Assembly (NCBI GenBank): GCA_043228905.1
Contig: JBHGNT010000001.1
Coordinates: forward strand, 32,302,001-32,366,000
Source: Azolla caroliniana
Taxonomy: Eukaryota > Plantae > Polypodiophyta
Reading direction: 5' to 3'
DNA: 64,000 bases
The notes under the pieces were generated by a model. The model ran no database searches. It was not told the origin of the DNA and saw nothing but the letters and a program-made list of their open reading frames with translations. This document shows, in pieces, positions 37,845 through 47,749 of this stretch (position 1 is its first letter; each line of letters opens with the position of its first letter). A program made the translations under genes and the position numbers.

Positions 37845-40800
37845 CTCGCCCCCTCCAAACCCGCACATCCTCCGGTATGTGCCGAAGTTCTTGATTCTTC
37901 GTATCTGTCTTCATCCGAAGCTTCCTCCGATTCTCCCCTTATGTCGACTATGAGTTGTAATCCACTTTCTTCGCTTCCCGCATCATTGTGGTCTTCGTCC
38001 GATTGCTCCTCGTTGTTGGCCTCGACTTGGATCACATAAGGTTTGTCGTCGGTCCGCTTCTTGAAAATCTTCACCCGCTTCCCGGCTATAGGCACTCGTA
38101 GTATTGTTCCATCCAACTCGGACAGTCGGTACGTCCCGTTGTCGAAGACCTTCCGAACCTCGTACGGCCCGAACCACCTTTTCGCGAATTTCCGCATCGT
38201 TGTATGTTGATGGTCCAAGCTACTATCATAGACGATCACCCAATCTCCTTCTTCAATCCTCCTCGGTCGTAGTCGGTGCTTTGTGTCGAACCGGCTTTTG
38301 TTCCGGAACCGTGCTTCTTGTTGTCGGCGTGACGCTTCCGCTACATCTTTCGGTCTTCCCTCCAGTTGTCGCATCCAGACCGCTAGTAGTTCTTCCCGGC
38401 TCATCTCTTCCTTCCACGGTAGTATTGTCCATGTCGCGATTGCGGTTTCCGTTGGCATTACCGGTGCTTGTCCGGTCATGAGTTCTGCCGGCATGTAACC
38501 GGTCACGGAGCTATGCGTCGTCCGATCCGCCCATAGTGCATACGGAAGCATTTGTGGCCAATCCTTCACCCTTCCGTCGCATGCCTTCGCAAGTGCTTTC
38601 ACGATCGGACTATGTCCTCGTTCGATCTTCCCGTTGGCCTCCGGATTGTAGGCCGTTGTCAACGTTAACCGAACTCCATGTTTGGCGAAGAATCCCCTAG
38701 CTTTGTCCGAGTCGAGTTCTCCCCGGTCCGCAATCACTTGTCCTACGCAGCCGTACCTACAAAACACTTCTTCCAAAAGAAATTGGCACACCGCGGCACA
38801 CGTTTTCCTCCGAAGCGCCCGACCTTCAACTTGGTTTGTGAGATCTTCTCGAGCTAACACCAAGTATTTCTTTTGTCCAATCCCGGTCGGCATAGCTACA
38901 ATGTCGACCATCCACTTGAAGTTGATTGTCGGTGAGAATGTCGGATGCAGCTCATCTCGGTGTCGGACCCCGGAGTAGACTTGACATTTCTCGCAGCTTT
39001 CTGTGAACTCCGCGACATCTTTATACATGTTCTTCCACCAATATCTTTGCTTGATTTTCACAAAAGTTGCCCATGTTCCTCGATGTCCAGCCCAATCGGA
39101 TTCGTGGAACTCGGACATTATCCGGTTTCGTTGCTCTTTCGTCCCGACTACTCGAAGTGGTATCCCATCCGGTCTTTTCGGCGTCCTCCATATTAAACCG
39201 TTTTCCAAGAAGAACTTTTGGACTTGCCTCTTCATCCTTCGGATCTCGGCTCTCCTTTCTTTATCATTGGTTGAATCCTCGACCTCTTGTAGCATCTTCC
39301 CGATCATCAAGGTTTCCCCCTCGTATTCTTCTCCCCGGAATTCTCGGATCACGTTCACTCGGCATATGTGTTCTGACGTGAAGTAGTCTTCGGAAACTTC
39401 TTCATTATCTGATTCGGTTATGTCGTCTTCAAACCGCGCCCTCGATAACATGTCCGCTACCGCGTTGTCCTTCCCCGAGATGTGTCGAACCTCCGGATTA
39501 AGTGACTTGACATATGCAATCCACCTTAGCATAGCCACATCCGGTATCGTACAACACCGCATCATCCCGAGTATCGGAAGACAATCCGTCTCGATCACCA
39601 CTTCAGCTCCGATCAAATAATCCCGATCCGATTTTATCGCCGACACGACTCCCCACAATTCTCTTTTGACTTGTGCATATCCGCGTTGCCTTTCGTTGAG
39701 GACCTTTGCTCCAAATTGGATCGGATACCGCGAACCATCCGAGTCGGCTTGATTGATGACCCACCCGATACCGGTTGGACTTGTATCAACCGTTACTATG
39801 ATTGGCCGCTCGTAGCTTGGCTTCTTAAGTGATTCCGCCCTCCATAGTGTCTTCTTGAGCTTCCTCATGGCTTTAGTGTGTTCCGGTTTCCACTCGAATT
39901 TCTTACCTTTCCGCAACAAGTGATAGAGCGGGTCCGCTATATGTGCATAGTGCGGAATCCATATGTGATAGAATGCACACGCACCCAGAAACCTTCGGAC
40001 TTCCGATGTTGACTCACATACTTCCTTCATAGCTTGAATCGCATCGATCTTTGTTGGTGACGGTCTTCGGCCGTAGGGTCCACATAGATGTCCGACCACC
40101 AATATTTCTTCTTGCCCGAATGCCGATTTCTCCCCGGAAAGTGTTAGGTGCACATCTTCTAGCTTTCGCAACACTTTCTCGCAATCATGAATATGGTCGA
40201 CCACGAACTTTCGGCATCCCCGATCATCCATAGTCTCATCTTTTTCTTCCACCGCGCATCCTTTCATCGGAATGTCATCTAGAAACGGCATCGTTATCTC
40301 CGGGATGCAATCTCGAAGCACCTTGTTCATCGCGTTCATCATATGTGCAACCGAGTTTGTCGCTCCTTGTGGTAGTGTGCACATTCGAACTAGTCCTATC
40401 GGTGTCCGCATGGTAGTGATGTCTCGGCTCTCCACGGCTAGTTGGAATTGGTCATACCCCGAGTATAGGTCCCCGATGGAGTATATCGCACGTCCGGCAA
40501 AAGCTTCCGCGAATTCGTCCACTATCGGACCGACTCCCGAGTTCCGGATCGTGACCTTGTTCACCGGTTGCAAGTCTTGGATGAATCGGAGTGACCCATT
40601 CTTCTTCGGAACCGTAAACCATCGATTTGAGTACGGAGCACTTGATGGCTCTAGAATCCCCATCGCCACCTTCTCCTTGAGCAAGTCGATGACTTTCGGA
40701 ATATGCGCCCGTGGCACCGGAATCGGCTTCAGGTTCCACGGTACATGATCAATCGTGAAAATCACCATCGGCTCCACTATCTTTGGATCAATGCATCCGA

Positions 40801-41443
40801 TCTCCCTCGATGTGAACGCGAATGCTTTGCCATGTTGCTCCAACATCTCTCGAAACCGTTTTTCTTCTTCTTGTAAGAGGAACCCACCTCCACCGATCCG
40901 AAGTTTCTTCCGGGTCTCATCTGTGAAGGCATGTCCGATATCCACGAACTTCCGAAGTGTCGGATCTCCCGAGACTTCTTTCTTCTTTTGTTCGCTATCG
41001 GCGGGTAGTGGTCCCGCGGCCGGTTTCACCTTCTTCTCCACGGTCTTGTATTTCGTACTTACCATTGCTTCTTCTTTGCGGAGCGCATCCGGCCCCATTT
41101 TCGCAACGATCTCGTACATCTCGACCGATTCCACCGGGATTACCCGGTTCCCTTGGCTTTTATCTTCCGCAAGCTCTTCAAGCCGTTGTAGTGTATTCCC
41201 ATAGAACACTTCCTCGATCACTCCCACGATTTCTTCGTCTTCTTTTATTATTGATGCCGACCGTAACTTATCCTCCACTTGTCGGTATTGTTTCTTCATT
41301 CCTCCGGTTACGGCCGTGTACGAAGATGCCCCATCCGGGCCGATTCGTACTTGTTTTGCTCCGAGAGTTTTCTTCCTGTATGGGGTATCAGGGCTTCTCG
41401 GACTATCACTTCCCCACTCCGCAACAGTCCGCTTTAAAAATCC
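37832..41443 (-). CDS. Gypsy Pol (RT, RNase H, integrase), probably expressed by -1 frameshift from gag-PR
   Basis: LRFIQDLQPVN, IGDLYSGYDQ, LPQGATNS, FLDD, RNase H VDTS..ELW..TDC, integrase H..H..C..C, DDE and GPY motif; no chromodomain. The frame is open upstream of the ATG at 41299 as far as the slippery site at 41443. Confidence 0.93.
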   Translation of the reverse strand, partial: GFLKRTVAEWGSDSPRSPDTPYRKKTLGAKQVRIGPDGASSYTAVTGGMKKQYRQVEDKLRSASIIKEDEEIVGVIEEVFYGNTLQRLEELAEDKSQGNRVIPVESVEMYEIVAKMGPDALRKEEAMVSTKYKTVEKKVKPAAGPLPADSEQKKKEVSGDPTLRKFVDIGHAFTDETRKKLRIGGGGFLLQEEEKRFREMLEQHGKAFAFTSREIGCIDPKIVEPMVIFTIDHVPWNLKPIPVPRAHIPKVIDLLKEKVAMGILEPSSAPYSNRWFTVPKKNGSLRFIQDLQPVNKVTIRNSGVGPIVDEFAEAFAGRAIYSIGDLYSGYDQFQLAVESRDITTMRTPIGLVRMCTLPQGATNSVAHMMNAMNKVLRDCIPEITMPFLDDIPMKGCAVEEKDETMDDRGCRKFVVDHIHDCEKVLRKLEDVHLTLSGEKSAFGQEEILVVGHLCGPYGRRPSPTKIDAIQAMKEVCESTSEVRRFLGACAFYHIWIPHYAHIADPLYHLLRKGKKFEWKPEHTKAMRKLKKTLWRAESLKKPSYERPIIVTVDTSPTGIGWVINQADSDGSRYPIQFGAKVLNERQRGYAQVKRELWGVVSAIKSDRDYLIGAEVVIETDCLPILGMMRCCTIPDVAMLRWIAYVKSLNPEVRHISGKDNAVADMLSRARFEDDITESDNEEVSEDYFTSEHICRVNVIREFRGEEYEGETLMIGKMLQEVEDSTNDKERRAEIRRMKRQVQKFFLENGLIWRTPKRPDGIPLRVVGTKEQRNRIMSEFHESDWAGHRGTWATFVKIKQRYWWKNMYKDVAEFTESCEKCQVYSGVRHRDELHPTFSPTINFKWMVDIVAMPTGIGQKKYLVLAREDLTNQVEGRALRRKTCAAVCQFLLEEVFCRYGCVGQVIADRGELDSDKARGFFAKHGVRLTLTTAYNPEANGKIERGHSPIVKALAKACDGRVKDWPQMLPYALWADRTTHSSVTGYMPAELMTGQAPVMPTETAIATWTILPWKEEMSREELLAVWMRQLEGRPKDVAEASRRQQEARFRNKSRFDTKHRLRPRRIEEGDWVIVYDSSLDHQHTTMRKFAKRWFGPYEVRKVFDNGTYRLSELDGTILRVPIAGKRVKIFKKRTDDKPYVIQVEANNEEQSDEDHNDAGSEESGLQLIVDIRGESEEASDEDRYEESRTSAHTGGCAGLEGASVVV

Positions 41444-43473
41444 ATTCTCACTTGGGACAAGAGTTCCCTCTTGTTCCTTTCGTGATTTGCCGGCACCGTT
41501 AGGAATTGGACGGATTTCCCTCCGTTTTGGCTCCGAATTCGCGCAAAAGCCGCACCACTATCGAGCACCTTCGTCTCCATCCGTGAAGCCGTGATAAAGG
41601 GTTGGCCGAGGATGACAGAATGTGAAACCTCATCCTGCACAAAGAAATTTTGGTCAATTTCGACATCCCCGATCTTTACCGTCACATCCGGACAAGCCGC
41701 AAATAGGTCTTCTGTCGTTTTCGTGGCTGCCCGAATCTTCCATCCATGGTTGGTGTTTATAGGCCACTTCCCCTTTCGGTAGAACTCCCTGGACATCAAG
41801 TTGATCTCCGATCCGTGATCAATCAATGCTAGCACGGGTTCTTTGATGTTGCCGATTCGGACCGGAGTCTCCGTAGTCGCACGTGCCCAGTGTGGCCTTG
41901 TATAGTGGGAGTTCGGAATTTCGCCTTCCACTTCGGTGTCGTTCATTGAAACGGTATTTGCATTCACCCTTGGAGCATTTTCCTCCGTACTTTGTCTCTT
42001 CCTTTTCACGAGATCCACGAGAAGATCGTGAAACTCCTTCTTCGCTATTCCGAGTAGTTCCCGCAGCGAAAAATCTACCCGGCTATCCAAGATTCTTTCC
42101 TCGAACACTCTTTTCAAGTCGGTTTGTTGTTCTATGTCCGAGGCGAGCTTGAATGCCGGAGTCGCCTTTTCTTTTCCCTTACCTCCGGAGTTCCAGCTTT
42201 CCGGTATCTTCGATGGTCCGGCCGCATCCTCCGTGCGCCGTCGTTTCTCGTCCACATACACCTCATGTAATTGACACAGGGCATATATGCTATTCTTGTC
42301 GACAGGACACTCCCATCCCGTAGCTTCCCGGACGCCTTCCGCGGTGTTTCGGATATCGTTGGAGTCGGTTTTCTCGGTGTTTCCTAGCACCTCCGGCCAG
42401 AAAGACGCCTTCGCTCCCGATGACTCCCCGACACATATTCCCGCGGTTGTCACATAGTTGCTTCTTGCCGCTAACTCCTCCTCGAGCACCTTCTTCATGC
42501 CGCCTTTCCGAAAGTTCGGTCGGAGTGGCTTCCGAGAGTCCATCGAATGAATCCGGTTTCCCTCGTAGTAGATGAGATCCCGTCGTAGCGCCTCCTTATG
42601 GTCGTCGCAATCCCTCCGATCGTGTTCGGCGCTATCGCACCATATGCACCGTCGATCCGTATATTTGGAGCTTGTGGGGCGGTCATCCGACTTCTTCACC
42701 ATCGCGATCTTTAGATTCTCCATCTCCTTCAGCAGCTGCTCCACCGTAGACGCGTCGACTCCCTTCTCGGCCGTAATCTCCCGAGCCCTCGGTTGATGGT
42801 CTTCCAGTCCCGTTCTCGGTTTCGGAATCGGTTCCGAAACCCTCTTTTCTTCGTTGGCAAGCCATTGCCCCCTCTTCGTGTACCGCGCGACGATATCCCG
42901 CACACTTTCCCATGTTTCGGTGAGGCCGCTTTCGGTGGTCGTGTCCTCAAGAAGCACTCCGATATCTTTCCGGTCCCGGACGTCCACAGCTCGCAAAAAC
43001 ATGATGACTTTGTCCGGTGCAAGAATAGTTTGATCTCTCGCGGACAACCTCCCGAACCGACTTTCGAATGTCGAAAACACTTCGAGGACCTTCAGCCCCT
43101 TACCTGACGTTTCCACCCAATCCTCGAATCCCCTCCGCGTTGCCTTGGAGGAGTCCTCGATGGCAAACGTGGTCTTTAACGCCTCTTCGAATGCTTCCCA
43201 CGTCGGATTTTGTTGTTGCAACCCGTGGATACTCCCTTGAAGCCCGTCGGTTGCCACCCGGTTAAAGGATGTCACTTGCAGTCCTTCCGAAGCCCGGCAC
43301 CGGAGCATCTCCGCCTTGTAGTCCTGCAAATATCGCGACACATCCTTACCATTAAATTGCCCGTTGCGTTGCACGAGCCGCTCTACTGATGCCGAAATCT
43401 CCGACATCGTGCGTTGTTCTTGAAGCATCCGTTCGAACATCGCCATCATATTGTTAGCTTGTTGAGCCTCCAT
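41434..43473 (-). CDS. Gypsy Gag-protease ORF
   Basis: First ATG after the PBS is at 43473. Knuckle CIWCDSAEHDRRDC; aspartic protease ALIDHGSEINLM...VILGQPF. Confidence 0.9.
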   Translation of the reverse strand: MEAQQANNMMAMFERMLQEQRTMSEISASVERLVQRNGQFNGKDVSRYLQDYKAEMLRCRASEGLQVTSFNRVATDGLQGSIHGLQQQNPTWEAFEEALKTTFAIEDSSKATRRGFEDWVETSGKGLKVLEVFSTFESRFGRLSARDQTILAPDKVIMFLRAVDVRDRKDIGVLLEDTTTESGLTETWESVRDIVARYTKRGQWLANEEKRVSEPIPKPRTGLEDHQPRAREITAEKGVDASTVEQLLKEMENLKIAMVKKSDDRPTSSKYTDRRCIWCDSAEHDRRDCDDHKEALRRDLIYYEGNRIHSMDSRKPLRPNFRKGGMKKVLEEELAARSNYVTTAGICVGESSGAKASFWPEVLGNTEKTDSNDIRNTAEGVREATGWECPVDKNSIYALCQLHEVYVDEKRRRTEDAAGPSKIPESWNSGGKGKEKATPAFKLASDIEQQTDLKRVFEERILDSRVDFSLRELLGIAKKEFHDLLVDLVKRKRQSTEENAPRVNANTVSMNDTEVEGEIPNSHYTRPHWARATTETPVRIGNIKEPVLALIDHGSEINLMSREFYRKGKWPINTNHGWKIRAATKTTEDLFAACPDVTVKIGDVEIDQNFFVQDEVSHSVILGQPFITASRMETKVLDSGAAFARIRSQNGGKSVQFLTVPANHERNKRELLSQVRMDF

Positions 43474-43489
43474 CTCCTTGCCACCCGTC

Positions 43490-43507
43490 TTCACGTCGGG
43501 TTCACCA
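43490..43507 (-). promoter_or_regulatory. Primer-binding site, tRNA-Trp
   Basis: The plus strand reads ttcacgtcgggttcacca, matching the recalled 3' 18 nt of plant cytosolic tRNA-Trp plus CCA; 4 nt from the LTR. Confidence 0.8.
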
Positions 43508-43511
43508 ACTG

Positions 43512-44324
43512 TGTCGTGCCTTTCGGCTCCGGATCGTTGCGTGAGTCGGGTGGGAACCACAGAGGTCTTGGACTAGGAGAAAGAAGTTCGTGAGATAGAG
43601 ATTAATTATGAGTAAATAGCAAAGAGAAAGATAAGAAACTCGTGAATCACACGAGTATACTATATTAATTGGTACTTAGGGTGTTAAGAGAGAAGTAGAT
43701 GTATAAATCGTGAATCCCACGAATAAATTTTGTATTGATTAATACTTAATCCAAATAATCAACAACCCTTTACATATTTCTCTCCTCCTTATATAAGGAA
43801 AGAAGAGCTAAGCATGGCTTCATGCTTTTTTTTTTACAAAAAGTGTTAATGTCCACTAAATGTGCATGTGATGCTTTTTTATTTCCTAAGTATAGGGCTC
43901 ATGCACGCTAGATGTGCATGAGTTATTTTTAGTGTCTCGTGTTTTTCTTTTTCATATATTAAAAAATACACGATTTACCTTTTAATAAAGGTATGCATAA
44001 ATAAAGGTCTTATACGTATTAAATCTATATTTAAAACACTTAAGATAAGTTAATGTAATGGTAAGGTTGGGGTTTGTCAACGTGGAGGTGCAGAGTTTGA
44101 ATCACGCCCTGTGCAGTAGTGAGTATTTCCTTTTTTTTTTTACATTTACGTCTCTTTATCCGGCTCTTCCTTGCCGGTATGCCGTTTTCTTCCTTGCCGG
44201 TATGCCGTTTTCCTCCTTGCCGGTATGCCGTTTTTCCTCCTTCCGGTTCTCACCGAGCACTCCATTCTCTATCCGGAGGGACAAAAATATAATTTCCACA
44301 TAGTGTGCAACCTACACTACGACA
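43512..44324 (-). repeat. Gypsy 5' LTR (813 bp)
   Basis: Only two substitutions seen versus the 3' LTR, plus indels in repeats. Confidence 0.95.
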
Positions 44325-47300
44325 ACGTAGTATTTTTGACAATATTTTTCTGTTTTGGGAATTAACAGGGATGGCAATGAAAAATAAAGAAGATCTTGCG
44401 GTACTTCTATTAGATTTTGAGAAGGCATATGACAGATTTGATTGGGACTTCATGGAAGGTTCATTTTTGAGATTAGGTTTTCCTGCTCAATGGATTGGGG
44501 TTGTAGCTTCCTTGTATCGTGAGGCCTTTAGTTCAATCTTGGTTGCCGGTGGGCAAACTAGAAAATTTTCTATTTCGCGTTCTGTACGTCAAGGTTGTCC
44601 ATTGGCCCCATTCCTGTTTTTGCTAGTAATGGAAACATTGCCAATGTATTTAAACTCCTCTCAAGTTTCTCTCAAGGGTTTGCCTTTGCCTGCCATGCAA
44701 CAACAAATGTTGGATGCAAAATTTGCAGATGATATTGCAATTTATGTTCAAGGTAATAATGAAAATTTAAGTAAATTGCAAGAAGTAGTGGAGGAATTCT
44801 GTTTGGCCTCTGGAGCAAAGATAAATTGGCATAAATCTCTTGTCTTTTGGGTATCGCAAAATTCCTTGCCTACTTGGATGCCTTCACAGGAATTCAAGTG
44901 GGTTCCTAATGGAACCACTACTCGTTACTTAGGCTGTCAAGTGGGACGTCATGTTACTGTAGATATGTTAGTTGCTCCTCTACTCGTAAAATTAAGGAGA
45001 AAATTGTTGCTTTGGGATTCGGTCAACCTATCACTTGCAGGTCATGTACTTGTAGCTAACCAAGTTCTTTTAGCTACAATTTGCTATATTTTTTCAACTA
45101 CATTGTTTGCTAGATCATGTATTTACAGGTGCAACGCCTCATTCGTAATTACATTTGGGGAGGAAAAACAGGTCAAGGTAAAAGGCCTAAAGTAGCTTGG
45201 GCAGTATTGATTGCTTTGCGACAAAATGGTGGGTTGGGGTTGGTGGATCCAGAAGCACAGTGTAAGGCTTTGCTTTCTAAATTTGTGTGTAGAGCTATGT
45301 TGCCTATGCAAGGTGTTTGGAGTCGGTTGATGATGCATAGGTTGTCTACTATGTGCCCGACAATAGGAGGAAAGTGGCTGTAATCATTAAGATGGGGCTT
45401 TATTCAAAATTTTCATTTGTTTAAAACAACCTTATCAGAAGATAGGTTTTTTAATGGAATTCTCACAAGTTGGTCAGCTGTTAAAAAGTTTCTAGTTCGG
45501 AAGGTGCCTTCGACAATGGATGACTTGTTGAGACAACCCTTGACTTGGAACTTTCTCTTTTCAGATTCAAGGGGTTTTTTGCTTGGTAGCTGTCCTCGGT
45601 TGAATTGGGCTTCTATGGATGCATCAATAGCAGGTAATGTTCTATCATTGGGAGGCTATGTTATGAAATTTTATTAGCGCGATTGTTAATTCCTTTCAAT
45701 CTTCCTCTATGTTGTTTACGGAATTTTGTTTGTTTGGGGTTACGGTCGATGGCACAATCTTTGTCGACGCTTTCAGTTTGAGGAAGTGCTATTATGTGCA
45801 ATGATATGCAAGTGGCATTGGGACAATTTATGGCTTCATGGTCCCCCTCTAGCAATAAGATTTGGTTTGGTTATTTCTCTCCTTTAAAAGTCATTTTAGG
45901 AGCTAAAGTAATTAACACTACGGGTGATGTAATATACTTTAATGTGGATAATGATGGTTGGTTGTGGCATGTATTTTCTGAATCAGATGTGTGGATGTCT
46001 ACCAATGTTTCAGCGATTCGAGTAGTTGCAAGATCGGGGAAAAAACGGTTCTTGGATTCACCCTTTCAAGAATACTTACAGTGATGTTCATTGTGGGTTT
46101 TTCAAAAAAAGCCACTTTATAATTTGGATTGGGATCCAGCTGATTATCAATAGAAAAAACCGAATGCTAGTGGAAATGGTAAACACTTGGAGTTTTTCCA
46201 GTATTCAGTTAAGCTAGGTAGAAATTTCTTATTGCAATCAAAGTATAAATGCCCTGCTGCCATGAAGCATTGGATTGCAAATAATGTGAATGCATTGCAA
46301 CTTACAAAATTTTGGAAATGGTTGTGGAGTATGCAGTTGCCGAAAAAAGTGATTTGTTTTTGTTGGTTGTTGATGCATTATGCTCTTCCTGTTAGTGATT
46401 GGTTGAGGCAAAATCAACAATATGCTTGTGCAATGCATTGTGGTGCATCTACAGAATCTATTTTGCATTTGTTTTGGTTATGTCCCAAAATCAAGCAATT
46501 CTGGAGTAAGTTGTTTTTATTACTGAGACACCATTATACTCGTTCTATCTTCTCGTGGGGTGCAGTATTATGGGGTGTCCTTCATGGAGATGTTATGAAG
46601 TATGAAAGTATGCATGCTTCTCATGTTTTTAACTTTTCCAATGGGTACATTTATCTCACTTCATTTGCATCTTTTATTCCACAGTTTAGAACTGAAATTT
46701 TGGTTATTTGGTGTACTATTACGTCATTAGCTCTTTGGACAATATGGAAAATGAGATGCTCACATACATCTCAATACATACATCTCAATACTATGCTTAT
46801 TGAATTCTGGTTGTTATTTGTCCATACCATACGTGGACAATATGATGATATGTAGGGTTCAACTGATGCTCAAAGGCAACGTCAAGTGGACTTTAAGAAA
46901 CGGTGGCGAGGGCTTCACTTATTTTTAGATACGACTTCTGGTATGAAGTGGAATTATGCCATACCTTCTTTTTTATTGCATAACGTGTAGATTGCGCTCC
47001 ATTTGTTCCTTATATGATATCATCTGTTTGATCAGATCTTGGTATTAGCTTTTGTATTACAATAGAGGTGAGATGAAATGTCTCCTTCTGTTTTCTATAT
47101 ACATACATTTCTCAAGTAATATACTAAGGTGTATCTTTCTTTTAAAAAGAAGAAGAAGCATGGATATGTATGTATGTATGTACATGCGCTTGTGTGTGTA
47201 TGTATTTATGTATGTGTGTATGTGTGTGTGTGTGTGTGTATGCATGCATGCATGTATGTATGTATGGATTATTATAAATTAGTACTATGCTTCATGACAT

Positions 47301-47749
47301 GAATTTATGTACCTACTTATTGAGTTGGAGGTAATATTTTGTCCAGATCATTGATTGGTAGAATTGAACCATCACATCGACCATGTTGTAGGCAAGATGG
47401 CTGTAGTTGGGCAGGCTCTTTCAAATTAATTTTAGGTGATCGAGGTAGTTCTCAAGCAAACTAACTTTATCTAAACGTATCCTTGAGGCTTATTCCAATG
47501 CCACCTGAAAGGTATGGGAGCCAAGAGCTTATAAATGAGCCCTCATGGATCAAGAATCCTCAAAATGGATTGTGCCCAACTTGATGGGGTTCAATAAACT
47601 AATGGGGGAGTAGTCTAGTGGCATTTGGAATGGGGATAGGGATTGGGCCTTAGCCTAATCATATAGACCTAACCTATTCCATAGATCGGTAGTGGTAGTG
47701 GTAGTGCAAGTCGATGTGTTTCTTCCACCCATGGAAGATCGGGTTCCAC

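Larger units (their letters stand above)
36971..44324 (-). mobile_element. Full-length non-chromovirus Ty3/gypsy LTR retrotransposon
   Basis: LTRs at 36971-37844 and 43512-44324 (tgtcgt...acgaca). 4-bp TSD acgt at 36967-36970 and 44325-44328. PBS 43490-43507, PPT 37845-37856, two intact ORFs. Confidence 0.96.
36227..47155 (+). mobile_element. Degenerate 5'-truncated L1-like LINE (LINE B), interrupted by the gypsy
   Basis: ORF2 pieces: WPITLLNTIYKI, GFIQER|SIFDN (rejoined across the gypsy), LDFEKAYDR, VRQGCPLAP, FADD, CAMHC..ESILHLFWLC. 17-bp TSD aagcatggatatgtatg at 36210-36226 and 47156-47172. Confidence 0.88.
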
